DNA from: Eledone cirrhosa
Taxonomy: Eukaryota
NCBI GenBank assembly: GCA_964016885.1
Contig: OZ024743.1
Location: 31,062,001 to 31,126,000, forward strand
Direction: 5' to 3'
DNA: 64,000 nucleotides
In this document: piece by piece, positions 1 through 14,990 of the stretch
Layout: each line of letters begins with the position of its first letter
How positions within the stretch are numbered: the first letter of the stretch is position 1
Notes under the pieces: generated by a model
The model's input: only the letters and a program-made list of their open reading frames with translations
Told to the model about the DNA's origin: nothing
The model's database searches: none
Program-made: the position numbers and the translations under genes

Positions 1-1
1 C

Positions 2-361
2 ACCGTTGAATCGGATAACCGAAGATGGCACTATATCGGCTGTACCTCTACCACTTTTAAATCTCGTTGGTACCAACACCGTAGTTCGATGAATAACATC
101 AAATACCGTTCCGTAACTACCTTAGCCAATACAATTTGGCAGTTGCGCGAAAGTAACCTGCAATACACTTTGAAATGGACAAAACACTCTAGTGCTTCCG
201 CATATCGTGCAGGCCAGCCTTACTGCCGATTATGCAATATGGAGCTATTTTACATACTAAAATCCAATTATACTCTTCTCAACAACAGAACGGAAAGGAC
301 TCTATATTGCAATCACAGACTCAAGGCTACGTTCTCGAAATACAAACCCTGCTTGATTTGA
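2..361 (+). CDS. C-terminal GIY-YIG endonuclease of a PLE polyprotein (partial)
   Basis: Frame is open from position 2: HYIGCTSTTFKSRWYQH...CRLCNME...LNNRTE...CNHR, collinear with the 2733-3401 ORF. Confidence 0.85.
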   Translation, partial: TVESDNRRWHYIGCTSTTFKSRWYQHRSSMNNIKYRSVTTLANTIWQLRESNLQYTLKWTKHSSASAYRAGQPYCRLCNMELFYILKSNYTLLNNRTERTLYCNHRLKATFSKYKPCLI

Positions 362-610
362 TCCTGCGACTTCTGCTTTCCTCTATCTCCATTCTACCTC
401 CTCTATCTATCCCCATGGATTATTGCTATGCCTTCTATTAACCACATCTCCCCTATTCAACATCTCCTCCTACATACTTTACAAGTCACTCGACCTAATC
501 TCCCCTGCCGCCATCTATCATAGATCGTAAACCTATCAACGTCTACCATCTCTCTAGCACACACACACAGTTGGACTAGTCCATATCTAGACTTCATTAT
601 CATATTTTAT

Positions 611-797
611 GGCGGTGGATTGGCAGTATCGGTAGACGGTCGGACGCCATGCTTTCCAGTATAGTTACGTCCCTTTCCGATCTGAGTTCAAATCCCGCCG
701 AGGTTGACTTTGCCTTTCATCCTTACGGGATCGATAAAATAAAGTACCAGTAATGCACTGGGTAATTGCTGGCCTTGTGCCTAAAGTAGAAACAATT
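611..797 (+). mobile_element. tRNA-derived SINE (family A; central domain resembles the MetaSINE type)
   Basis: A-box-like TGGCAGTATCGG, B-box GAGTTCAAATCC, core GCCTTTCATCCTTACGGG.TCGATAAAATAAAGTACCAG; TSD ATTATCATATTTTAT at 596-610 and 795-809; 12 copies in window. Confidence 0.85.
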
Positions 798-933
798 ATC
801 ATATTTTATCCTCCCCTCTGTTTTACCTCAACAACTCTGAAAAACCCCCCTATCTCTCTCGTCTTTGTCACATCCTCCTTCTTCTCTACTTCAACTTCAC
901 ATGAATTCCTATAAAAACCTGAACATTCTGGTG

Positions 934-1064
934 CGGTAAACATAATTTCTGATGATATGGGATCGATTGTGCATTGGATGTCGAATGCTCTACTAACTAT
1001 ATAATATTTTAGATGCAGCGAGATCTAGGCAAATTGATGTCTATTGAAACGTACGTTAGAACCG
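934..1064 (+). ncRNA. Type I hammerhead ribozyme motif with 90-nt stem II
   Basis: CTGATGA 949-955, GAAA 1046-1049, palindromic CGTACG, TT; stem I CGGT..TTT/AGA-ACCG with a bulge; AATAAA follows. Confidence 0.6.
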
Positions 1065-1259
1065 AATAAATCTCTTTTACTGCATCTTTCTGTTCTTTTT
1101 AATTCTTTATATATATATATATATACATATGCAAAGTTTTATTTAAATTGTTGGGTTACAACGAGTAAATATTTATAACTGATATAAAAGCACTCAACAA
1201 GTATTTGGATTATATTTACGATATTAAATAAATGGAAACTATTTTTATAAAACCATATT

Positions 1260-1325
1260 TATTTCATTATATATATTTCAGGGATATCATATTAAAAATA
1301 TGGTATGCCTTCTTCAGACAAAATA
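1260..1325 (-). ncRNA. Type I hammerhead ribozyme in pLTR
   Basis: Minus strand: TATTTTGT CTGAAGA AGG..CCT GAAA TATATA TA ATGAAATA; 8-bp stem I including GU pairs, palindromic stem III loop, AUA site. Confidence 0.8.
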
Positions 1326-1570
1326 CAATATAAACAGTCTTATAAATAGATAGATTTGACATACCTTAAACTTCCATTTAAAAAGTTGATTTGGTAGTGA
1401 AAAATGTTAGGGACAGTTATAAAAAGAAAGAAAGAAAAAAAGAAAAAAAGCGAAGAAAAAGAAGAAATGCATGCAACTAAATAGAGAGAGATAGATATAG
1501 AGAGATAGATAGAGAGAAGACATTCATGTAAAGAAACAGAGAGAGATAGATAGATAGAGAAAAAACACAG

Positions 1571-1603
<33 letters not shown>

Positions 1604-1700
1604 AAAAATAGAAAAAATAGAGAGAGATAGATATAGATAGAGATAGAGAGAAAGAAAATAGGTAGTTGGGCACCAGTGGAATGACGTATCAATGATATAT

Positions 1701-1731
<31 letters not shown>

Positions 1732-2732
1732 GTTCTAGTATTAAGGTAGAGAGAGATATATGTGGTTAGGAGAGAAAACAGCCGTTACATAGAGAGAAAA
1801 TAAAAATATCCAGACATAAACGAGGCAGATTTAAAACATTATGTTTCATCAATGTAAAAATATCAATTCGTATGAATTAGGTATTATAATGTAAATATCA
1901 GTATTCATGAATGAGACACGTATCAATAATGTGTGAAAAATAATGATCATATGTCTAGTTTAAAATTCCTAGGTTTATATCAGAGTTGAGCTAAAAAATG
2001 AGATAAAAAAAACTGAGATAAAAAAACTGAGATAAAAAACTTAAAAAAAAAAATTGAAATACATAAGTATATATGCACTTTCATGAAAAAAGAAAGAGAA
2101 AAAGAAAATAGAAGGTTATCCCAGATTCGATACTATAGACTTCCATGTGAATTTACGTGATCAACTCTGCAAATTCCTATTTCACATGAAAACATTCTCA
2201 TTGTGCTATAAAAATTCTAGTATACATATATGTGTACATACACACAAATATATATAGAATCTACATTAATTTTAACAATACTATTCTTGTCTTTACTCTA
2301 CATGATTATCGTTCAAGCATAAATAGACAACAGATATCAATATATCAATAAAAATATCAAAAAATTAAAAAATATTAAAAATAAAACACAGTATGCCCCG
2401 CAAATCAACCACAGAGATCAACCGTTCAAAAATGAATTGACAATATATTGCCAAGTTCATTATAAGCATCAGAATCAAAAGCAAACAAAACCAAAATTAT
2501 TTACCAAATCCTGTCTAGCAGAAATCATTCCAAAAGTTTAGGATACCCATTTGATCTACAGATGGCCTTATATTTATTATAGAAGTTTATCTAGTGTAAC
2601 ATTTATTCGATATATCTGGAGCATCAGCTTTTAGGGTAGTTTAATTAATTCATGAAGAATGTTTAAAAAAAAAAAGAAATCGAAAGATTTATCGGCGAGT
2701 TTTATAAATAATTATAAATCAAAGTAAATATA

Positions 2733-4954
2733 CTACATTTTAAATTTATATTTATATTTAAAAGTTGAGTTCAATCTATGTCTGCAGCAACTGAATAAAT
2801 TTGTCCGTAAATTAAGGGAATTTTTAGATTTTAGTATAAAGAATATCTCCTCCGCGCAGAGGTCACATGTCTCAGAGGATGAATTAAAAGGAATCCCTCT
2901 TGAGACTATATTCCAAGCCGTCGAATATCCAACGTTATCATGCTTAAGTTGCCAGAGTAAGCCTGATAGTGATGTTGAAGACTTTTTGCTTGGATCTGTG
3001 AAAGAATTCTTGTGGTTATTATAGCGAAGTTTAAATTCTGTCGAGGTGGAACCAACATAGTTAAAAGAATTTAAGTCCGTTTGAACATTACAGTTGTATA
3101 TTATATTTTTAACTAAGCAATTGTTATTTAACGGACATTTAGATCTATCTCTACAGTTACATTTGTTTACTTGGATATTATTTATGCTATTATCGGTATT
3201 TTGGCTAGGTTTTAAATTCCTATTATTTATTCTATTAATATTTTGTGCTAAATTTTTGGTGGATGAGTAAGTTAATTTTATAGTATGTCTATTGAAAATT
3301 GAGTGATACCTATGTGTTCTAGGGAAGCGATTATCAAGAGCATTAAAAAATAGTTTAGCGATGTGGGTTTTAATGTTTAGTGAGAAAGGGGGGGGAACCA
3401 TATTATATTCCTAGTTCTATTTCTTTTTTGGCTTTTGGAATTATTGTAATGCTTTCTATTATAGTTGTTAAAGTTGTTGCCGTAATTAAAATTGTTGTTA
3501 TTTTGGTTAGTTTGTCTATTATTATCTATGTACATAATTTTATCACTATATCCTGCTCTAGCTAACGCTTCATTGTAATACTGGGCTTTTTCGTCGAAAA
3601 TCTTTTTATTAGATGAGATTCTAGAGATACGTTTTTGAACAGAGTTCACTATAGTATTTTTAACAGATCTGGGGTGGTTAGAGTTAAAACTGACATAGTT
3701 TAAGTTTTCATTCAACTTGTGAAATGGATAGTGAAGACATGTGTTGAGATGTAATGTTACATCTAGGAAATTGTCTATTCTATGGTTATTCTTAATTTCT
3801 ATTTTTAGATTAAAGTAATTAAAAAATTGTGTAATTTGTTTTCTTTTTCTATTTAGTTCAGAGTTATTATTTTCAATAAGTAAAAGCATGTCATCTCTAT
3901 ATAAACCTCCGGTAGCACCGGGTATTTTCCTATGCAGCGAATTGATTATAAATAGGCCCACAAGGTCAGTTACCTGAGCTGAGTCGGATGATCCCATAGT
4001 AATGTCGAAATTGTTATCTCTATCTGCTCTGGTCCATAGTTGGTCATTAAATTCTATCAATGTTTTCCTAGCCGATAATATAATGTGCATTTCATTGCTA
4101 GTTAGGTCTGTATGTTTGAATGCGTAATTTAGTGCCTTATTTAGTAGATTAGGGGTAATAGATGAATAATAGTTAGCAATATCTAGTTGAATAAATTTAT
4201 TATTATTGTTATATTTAATTTCTTTAAACCACTCAATAACCTCTCCAGTTCCCTTCCACAAGCTCAAGTTAGGTAAACAATTCAAGCTTTTAATTTGTTG
4301 TATCACCCTGTCTAGAATGTTTATGCTTAGTTTACCCAGGTCAGATTTTGATGGTGCTATCAATCTGACTGGCAGGTCATTTTCAAAATTTTTTTTGTGA
4401 TCTTTCATATTGATCTTCGGTTTCCTGGGCACGAAAGGTTGTGTTCTGTTCTCAATTTCCAACTCATGCATTATACAAGATGCCTCAACATTCATGTTCT
4501 CAAGCTCGGCTTTATCTGCTACCTTGTACTTTTTCCTCAGTTCTTTCAGTATGAGGCCATTATACATGTCTTTTTGCACTCCATAGAGGTTGTTGGTCTT
4601 GTCAGATTTCACCAAGATCTTCTCAGTTTTCTCTAAGCTCTCAATATTATCCTTAATGCCTTTCAGATATTCCTGGCCTTTGAAGTTTCTCTTGAATTTG
4701 ACTCCTTGTATGATAGAAATTATATCGTTTTCAAAGTCAAATAAAAGTTTGTTGGGGGGTGGATTTTTTTTAGATTTGAAAACTTTGTCTAAGTCCGAGA
4801 CATTTTCATTTATATTAGATTTATTAAAGTGGAATGCACGCCACCTGATTCTCCTTATAAAAGAGTCCGATTTATCTATTAATTGTTTAATAAAGTCTTT
4901 GTTTCTAGGTAGAGGTATGTCTTTTAAAGAGGAAGAAATCTTAAAGAATTCCAT
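2733..4954 (-). CDS. PLE polyprotein (reverse transcriptase + Cys-rich linker + GIY-YIG endonuclease), about 740 aa, one frameshift near 3390
   Basis: ORF 4954-3377: KSDKT, KDHK, QLDIANYYSSI, FDITMGS, LYRDD, FLDV. ORF 3401-2733: CNCR..CPL..CL, IIY..YVG, CDLC..CRH. They join at a G8 run; the sibling at 40072-40758 reads WFAPPFS in one frame. Confidence 0.92.
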
Positions 4955-6429
4955 TTTTTCAGTTATAATATAAAGCGCTCAACAGTATTGGAGCAAGATA
5001 TATGCAAAGTTTTATTTAAATTGTTGGGTTACAACGAGTAAATATTTATAACTGATATATACATATACATATATACTGATATATACATATACATATATAT
5101 GTATATATATACATATTAAAAAATATAGTAAAAATTATATAAAAGAATAAATAGAATAAATATACAAATATCCACACACTCACATAAAAACACACATACA
5201 TACACACACACACACAGTATATATATGTGTGTCTGTGTGTGTGTGTTTTTGCATACTGTACAGTACAGGTTGATTCCCTACTCATAGTTATACTTGTATT
5301 CAATGTTATTGCAAAGTCGTGATAATCAGAGTCTATTGCTTTTGTCTGCATTAGATTATCTGTGATGTAAATAACGTTTTCTAATTCACTGATTTGACAT
5401 TAGGTAATGGACTGGAATCCCGTGAAAACATCAATTACTTTTTCGAGCTATGTTTCCCAGATTTGCTTGATATCCTATACATTTCACGTTGACGGAAACC
5501 GTACAAAACCTATCACATATTACGAAGCTTTCCGGCCGTAATAAGACCATATAGGTTTTCATGATAACGTTCTGTTTTCTGTGACATTCACCAGATTCTG
5601 ATTCGATAGAGGGCCATCTTAGTTAAAAGTATCTGTCTTTTTATAGCTATCATTTTAAAGTAATTCTTGTTGATTTGTATACTAGATATTGAATGGAGAA
5701 TCTTTCTGTATCTTTGATGTAGACAACATTTCAAAAACGTAATTGCCGTCAGTTTTCCCCACAGGGGAGACATTATATGTCATGTTTATTGCAATTGCCA
5801 ATTTGGCTTACTTTATAATTTTAGGTTTACACTTATTTAATCTGCATAACTGGAGTGATTCAATATTTGAGATAATGCAACAACGTGATTTATTACTACA
5901 ATACGGACTACTGGGTATTTATAATGATATACTCGTGGGAATTGTCTGTAATGACTGGAATAACGAACAAAAAATCATATGTACACGGTTATCATACAAT
6001 TATGCATAAGTAGATATATAGACATATCAACAACAAAACGACAGATTGATATATATTCTAGTGCCATTTACTTTGTTATTTCTGTTTACTTTTTGCATAT
6101 ATATGGTATCCAATAATGTTGACTTGTTCTTCTTTTTAATAAATATCATCTTGGTTAAGAGAGTGGGACTGGCTTTGTGCAGTGCCTTTGCTCACTATAA
6201 AAGCTTAAAGGCACAGGCATTGCTTTATATCTAGAGATCTCTGCTCCAGTCGTCACATGGTACCATGGGCCCAGCACTATGTGCCAATAATTCTCACAAG
6301 TGTAGTGTTTGTACCAGAGTTTTCAAGTAGCTGGCTGGACTAGAAAGTCACACTCGTTCAGCGCATCGGTAGGAGTTCTCCTACATGGGTATAAAGTAGT
6401 GGCCGTACACGAAAACGAGTTGGCAGCCA

Positions 6430-6498
<69 letters not shown>

Positions 6499-7132
6499 CA
6501 TTATCGGAGGAAGCTAATAAATAGCGATACTCCGGCCACATTCCAACTCACTCAACAAACATTAGGAAATAAGTGAGTATTTTCCTAATTAAACGTTCGG
6601 GGTGCTAACTAATTGTATTGTGTGGAAAATTGGCTGTATTATTTCATATGAGATATATCAAATATATCTCTTCCCAGATGGACGTCTCGTTTCATTATAA
6701 GATTCATACAAGTTAGGTGAAATTATACCAATTTATGTAGAAGCTTGTACAAGATCAATAATACTCATTCAAGTGGGCTCTTATAATTCTTCAGTGGGTG
6801 CCCAATAACATTAATATTGATAGTCAAATCAACATCAATATTTAGCGATAAAAACCATCAGTGTTTGAGGTAGCTGTTAGGTTGCTAGCCCAGCAGTTCT
6901 AAAGAAATTCTCATACTGTCTCAAAAAAAAAGAGGAAGGAGAATTACCGCCGAGAACAATACATGCGCAGGACAATGAATTCTATAAGGAATTCAAGCTA
7001 CGTGCTAGAACTCAATTGGAATTAGAAAAGATACCCATATGTGTACATCGTTTTATGACACACACAAATATTTTCTCGGGCAAAATAACAGAATGAGATA
7101 TAAGCAACAATCAATATTCATATATAAAAATA

Positions 7133-8349
<1,217 letters not shown>

Positions 8350-9199
8350 ATAGAAAGAGAGAGAGATTGAGAGAGAGAGAGAGAGAGACGAAGAGAGAAA
8401 GAATGTGATATATATCTAAAATAAAGTTTTCTCTTAATTATAAACGCTCACACATAATATACCCCACACACAAAAAAAAAAGAAGAAATCCCCATATCTA
8501 TTATACTTTATTTTTTGCGTCTGTAACGATTCTCAGCGTATGTTTGTGGTTCAAACTGCATGAATATAGCTGACTTTAATGGATTAAAATCTCTTGAATG
8601 TATGTGGACCAACTCCCCGATTCATTCACTGCATGGCAACGATGAACAGTGTGTATGCGATTATCTAATATTTCCATCTAATTCAATATTCGGGAAAATG
8701 CCAGTCACACAATTACCTGGAATAATGTATGGTGTTATACATACATTATAGTACGAGATATGATCTTTGTATGGCAGAGTAATTTACATAGGACTACATT
8801 TTATTTCATATCTGTGTCAGACAATTTTGTTGCCAAAATGACGAACATTTGAAAGATATTTAATTCCAGAGTATTTCAGTGGTTCCATTCTTTGTTTCTA
8901 TTAGTGATCAGTCTCACCTATTATGAAATGGTGCCGAATTGTCTGTGGTGGTTTAGTATGTATAAATTCAAAATATTGCATGCATATATAAAGAATTGTT
9001 TCGCGTTAGAAACAAAGCATGTTCCGACCTATTCCAAGAAAGCTTGGAAATAGTTTATACACAATCATTTCATTGATATATTATATTTTGCCCGTTGCTG
9101 ATCAGAATTCCTGTTTACAATGCGAAAACTGAGACACTCATCCTCGTAAGGGGGCTTACGTTGTATTATTTTAATCTTTACCCAATTTCATTTCATCTG

Positions 9200-10120
9200 G
9201 TTTTATATATTCTGTCTCCATAAACACTTTCAAAATCACGAAAACTGTAACAGGATTTTACCTCATTTCTTTCTTTTATTTTAAGGGAATGAATCATCAT
9301 ACAATTATTTATTTTGTTTACGTATTTATTTGTATTCTTTATTTTTCACGTTCTATACCATTTTATATCACATTAGAGATAACTTATTTATTTATCAATT
9401 TTTTAGATATTTTTAAATATATTTTTTCATATATTTTTTATATATCTATTTTTATTTTTATTTACATTTATTCATGTATTAACGTTTATTCATCTATTTG
9501 TCCCTCTATTCTTCTTTCTATCCTACGCTATTTTTACTTATGTTTGTCTCTCCTCTATATATATCTTCCTCTCTTTATGTTTCGATCTATAACAATTTCT
9601 CCTTTTCTTCTTCTTTCTCATTTTCTTTTTCTTGTTCCTTCTTCTTTCTCCTTCCTTTCCTTTCTTTACTGTATCTATCTCCCTTTCTTCCTCCTTTTCT
9701 CTGTATATCTTTATTATTAATATTATTATTGATGATGTAATTTGAATTTGTAAATTTGCCGGTTACATATATATATATTTTTTAACAGTTTCGATGATTT
9801 AATAGAGTTAACATCTTATTTAAAATTGAGTGGCACTGCTTTTAGCGTTCAGCAATTTTTAGACAACTCTATCAGTGAAACAATTGTTAGACTGCAAATA
9901 AATCCCCTTTTTTGTACTGTTGACCATGTTATTCTCCACTTTTTCAATGTTATTACTACAAGATAAACTTACATAGGAATGCAAGTGAAATCATAAACTC
10001 GTCATCTACGTAAACCTCTTGTCGAGTCAAGCAACACCGTACGCTAAAACTATCCATAATAAGAAGTATTCACAACCTCTAATTGGATTACCTATATCGA
10101 TATTTTGTTATCGTTTATAT
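9200..10120 (+). mobile_element. Probable PLE 3' UTR + pLTR remnant
   Basis: CT-rich tract like the UTR of the 1125-5055 element, then HHR-like motif 9786-9894, AATAAA, and a TA tract. Confidence 0.5.
9786..9894 (+). ncRNA. Degenerate hammerhead motif with 79-nt stem II
   Basis: CAGTTT C-GATGA ..ATAGAGTT...AACTCTAT.. GAAA CAATTG TT AGACTG; core lacks one base. Confidence 0.55.
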
Positions 10121-10596
10121 ACATATATATATATATATAGCACAAGTCCGTGTGCATCGGATTATATAATAAAGGTTGAAACAGAAATTTAATATCAGAA
10201 GTTTGTCATAAGAACATTAGGAGGATTCATAATATGGGAAGTAAGTATAAGTATCAGCAGTTAGATGAGAAAATATGGGCATATATATGCAATAAAATAA
10301 AATTAGGAACAGCTAAAGCATTAAATATGTAAAAACAGGCTGCTATAGAGAAACATGCTTCCATAGAATGGTTAAGTATAATGCAAGAAATATATTATAA
10401 TTAGTAAATACACATCTATCATAAGCGTTACAAAAGCTTATAAACAAAAGTTTAAATTTAAAAATATAAAAATCAATCTCTAAAAAATATTTTCAATATT
10501 TTCAATATTTCCCATCATGGATATAAAAAGGTTTGACTGCATCATTCAGTCATACAAATAAACTATTATTTTTCAATCCATTGAAATATAATAAAT

Positions 10597-10690
10597 GTTT
10601 CTAATTGTTGCACAAGGCCAGCAATTATCCTTATCGACCCCGTAAGGATGAAATGCAAAGTTAACCTCGGCGGGATTTGACCTCATAACA
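10597..10690 (-). mobile_element. SINE family A, partial and internally deleted
   Basis: CACAAGGCCAGCAATT..ATCGACCCCGTAAGGATGAAA..CCTCGGCGGGATTTGA. Confidence 0.75.
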
Positions 10691-13307
10691 TCAAATATAG
10701 GTTGAAGTGTTATTATTACTAATAATCAACACTTCGGCTAAAATAAACGGTGTGATTAAAATGTAAATTCCATGAAGCTTGTCAAGCACTTGCTCGCAGT
10801 CTAATATGACTTAAACCAAGAGTCCTATTTAAGAATAATATAATATATACATGTATTATATGCTTCAAACAAACATGCAAAAGAGTTCATTGAGGAAACT
10901 ATGTTGTTTGGAATGTGTACTATCAAATAGGCTGACACTGCAAGAACATATACGCGTAAAAATAGCAGGAAATTATATAACAATTTTGCACAATGTTGCC
11001 ACTATTTATTGCGTCTAATCTTCTCCTGGGATTCTGGGTGAAATGCCGATATTATCCGTGAATCCTGGCATCATCAAGTGTCCAATATGGGACATTATTC
11101 GCTTAATGGGTCAACGAGTATATTCATAGCAGCAGATCCATAATTGAAAATATTTTCATATATCATGAAGTTAAACTATAGGTACATGGCGGATCTTATG
11201 TTTAGTAGATTACTCTCAAACAAACCATTTAAAAAGCACCATCCCTTTCGAGCAATCCCTTCTAGATATCTGTTAATCACCATTTTCCCTGCGTTAAAGG
11301 AATATTGTCTGGTGTAGAATTAAGAAAATTTACACATTCTAGATCAAGTTTCAATACTATATATACTTGAGTATATTCAGTATAAATATACGAATGCTTA
11401 ATGTAGATGTTTTTAGACAAGCACAATGACATGGAAACAGAAAGAAAAAAAATGTTGATTGCTTAGCACTATTGACGTCGCTATCGATAAGAAATTGACA
11501 TCTAGTGAATTAGATCTGTCGATAATATATTGACTATATATATAATTTCATATCTACATATGAAAAGGATATCTAGTTATGGCAAATAGGTACACGCTGG
11601 CATTTGAATAGTTTAACCGTGGTTAATTATTCAACTATAAAGATAAATATGTTTTCAACATATAATTAATCTATGATGCCAGGAATGTATTAATCCACAT
11701 ACCGTGTAATCTCATATTTAGTATTGCCCACGTGTAATGTGTATGATTTTATAATTTACACAATGTTTCTGTGTGATTTTTCGGAGTTAGCAATAATGTG
11801 AATTTGCAGCAAAATAACTTCTTCCAAAAGAGCATGACAATTTCAATGCACTAGCTAAATGACATATTAGCTAACACCTTCATCAATTACTCAAACAGGG
11901 GATGATATTAAAGCGAAGCTATGTGAGACATTCTATATATAAAACCAAGTATATATCATTATATATATCCTAACTAGCAATAATTTTTCTATTACATGTT
12001 ATATCAATCGTAATCCTGTATCCAATAATGTGATCATGAAATTCATGCAATGTTCAGAAGTGAAACTGGATAATAATATCGCTAATGCTTCTATCATAGA
12101 GACTGGTGATTGAAGAGACGGAAATCAAAATCCCTCATCAGTTGTTTTAGAGTTGCTGCACGTTAGGCCACTAAGATGTTGTAAATGGTACCACCTCTTT
12201 CAGCAAGCTGCAATGATATGTTTAGATTTTAAGTAATATATGCAAAACATATGCGTTATTTTTCAGTGTGGAAACGCTCATCAAAATTGCTCCTCCTGAT
12301 CAAAGTTGGTCCGGAACCAAATAACGCTAACAAAAAGAAAATCAACGAAGGCCTAAAGCAAACAAACAGTAAATACCAAAAACAAGACCGGCAATAACTG
12401 CAGCTGCAACATTTTACCTATATTTTCTTCAGTTTGCTTTTATTACAGTAAGGAAGAACTACCTTATCTTGTAGTAATATATGGTTACTAGCAAAATACA
12501 ATATCTCCGAAGTTAATATTTACATTTACTTCCAAATGGATTATAACAAATTAGTGAGATTTAGATATGTTCCAGAAATATTGTCTTTAAGTTTATGCTA
12601 ACACGAATTTTTAAGGAAGAAAAAGTGATAACCGAGTGAAACAATCCCAGAAAAAGTACAAATATCTTATTTTCGTTATCTGATTAGAGATTAACTTACT
12701 TATATATAAGCTTTCACAATGTCATGGATGTAATTTGTGTTTACGTAGTGCTTAAATGTGGAATGAATTTCGGAATTTCATTATGTCTCAAAATAGCCTG
12801 TGTGTTTATCACTAATTAGCTAGAAATATCGGGGGATAGTTGTAAAGATAAAACGTGATATTTTGAATGTTCTCTATAGTCAGACAGTTTGCAATTAGTA
12901 ATTCACAATGTATAATTTGTTAGCATAAATAGTGTTACCAGTACATGGCTTATTGCTGGGAGTATTCAAAGGAAGATTCAAAATAACATCAACCCCACAG
13001 TGGTCGTCATCCAGTCTGCAAGGTTATATAAATTAATTTAACTAGATAAATATATTGAATAGCTTTCTTTGGTGCGTATTTATCGAATACCTTTACCTGC
13101 ATATACTGCCTTTTCGCTTATATAGACTGATACTATTATTATACACCATTAGTAATATAGATTTCAGGCATGCTTTAAATATTGATAAACGTTTGTAAAA
13201 TACGAGTTAATGTTTGGCATCGAATCTTGCACATGATTAACTGCATACATATTTACCTAGTTGATGTCTAAATTCCAATTAACGTGTTTTGTGTCTGTGT
13301 CAGAAAC

Positions 13308-13313
<6 letters not shown>

Positions 13314-13393
<80 letters not shown>
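13314..13393. repeat. (CT)n microsatellite
   Basis: Directly visible. Confidence 0.95.
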
Positions 13394-13397
<4 letters not shown>

Positions 13398-13864
13398 TAT
13401 TTGTAAAAAATCATAACATTAAGAAACCAGAAGAACATACATACATGGATGCACACAAACAATCACATGCCTACAAGAATATCACATGATGTCGTTGTAT
13501 AATATTATATGTGAGATACAAATGGGTTACATTATGACATTTCTTTTCATCTGTTTTCCCAAGTGCGAATGCTCTAACATGAGTGATACTTTAAGTGTAA
13601 TGATACTGCTTTGCATTGATTTGAATATAGAAGTAACGATTGGCAGCTGTCAGTCATGAACGTGAAACAAAAACCTTTTTATTTCAAAATGCATGCTTTT
13701 AATAGAACAGTAATCTGATGTCGTTTCTATCGTATATTTTCATTTCAATTACATCACTAAAACTCTGGCGGAAGCCTGGACGAAGACAGAAGCAGGGTTA
13801 TATTTAATAGGAGACCCATAAAACCTATATTTTCTAAGCAAAAACTTTAAGACGTATACATTAA

Positions 13865-14990
13865 ACGTTATGTGCACCGTCCAACCCCACACTCTTACTG
13901 AGGTGCAATTTCATGTCCGCAGACCACAGAACATGGTGCTCCCATATGCTGGCCTCAAAATGTGCGAGCAGTCTGAAGTAAGTCGACCTTCATCCTTGAC
14001 GATCCACAGTCTATCCGTCCAATGGTTTATTACTCATGCCACAACGTTTCTTCTCCTTCCGCTTGTCATTAAACTGGAGAAGAGGACAACCATCTCAGCG
14101 TATTGTGTTCGTTAATTGAGGGAATATTTGCTGTTTTGGCAAACCTGATTCATCGTACCATGTAGCCAGACCCATCTCAATTCTGTTGTCATTAAAATGT
14201 TTTCCATGCCAGTGATATTGCAGTTTTTACGAACCTCTTTGTTTCTGATCATGTGAGAAAATGACATGCCCCAGATTCATCGTAAGTATCGCATGAGAAA
14301 TGAATCGAATCGTCTAATGTGTGTGTGCGATACGTGATACATGACTCGGTACTATAAAGAAATGAGTAAAACAGATTTATACACTTCAACCTTCCCCCTC
14401 AGTGACACATCTCTACAATGCTATTCGGTTCTTTTCTTCCTTGACCATTTTTGACTGAGCCAAGATCGGTGAAAATATAAACTGTCGTAAACTATGTCAC
14501 TTCAACAAAAACTGTTGGTATAGCAGGTGGCATTTACACGGGGATAGAATAATAAAAGAGCTGTCTTTTTCTGCTGATTGTCAGTCTGAATGCGTTACAT
14601 CCGAAAACGCATTTAGAATAGTTTGCATGTCTATCCGCAAACAGAAAGTCACGGGTTACCTGGAATGAGTCTTTTGATTTGCTTTAAAACGTTGCTGGTG
14701 ATTAAAAAAAACCCCATGTTGTTCGAAATTCGAAATACACTCCGGTATTGGTATTTTTAAAAGCTTGTTTGAGCTTCACAAAGAAAATCAACGTTAAGAG
14801 AGGAGCCACAACACATTAATGTTTGGTCCCATTGGTCAAATCAAAATATTCTAAGATGTTAACAACAGAGTTAACAGATGCTTTCATTCCATAATGGAAG
14901 GATATTGTGATGTCAATAATTTTCCTCATTATACCAAAGTGTAGAAATATAAATCGATTGGACACCGTGCAGTAAATTGAGATTTGTCAT
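13865..14990 (-). pseudogene. Decayed RTE-clade LINE RT/C-terminal fragment
   Basis: Manual minus-strand translation: GTKH*CVVAPL (cf. GVKQGCVLAP), RDFLFAD, DVSLRGKVEVYKSVL, RW.GY..R; many stops and frameshifts. Confidence 0.7.

Larger units (their letters stand above)
1..1105 (+). mobile_element. 3' part of a Penelope-like element (GIY-YIG end, 3' UTR, HHR-bearing pLTR), truncated by window start
   Basis: GIY-YIG C-terminus at 2-361, pyrimidine-rich UTR, HHR at 934-1064, AATAAA at 1065, ends at a (TA)n tract. Confidence 0.85.
1125..5055 (-). mobile_element. Near full-length Penelope-like retroelement with partial-tandem terminal redundancy
   Basis: RT+GIY-YIG ORF 4954-2733, 1.4-kb 3' UTR, HHR at 1260-1325; about 59-bp direct repeat at 1127-1186 and 4997-5055; TA-rich flanks. 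Confidence 0.95.

Noticed and set aside
611-700. tRNA genes at A/B-box sequences
   Set aside because: They are SINE heads; no full cloverleaf
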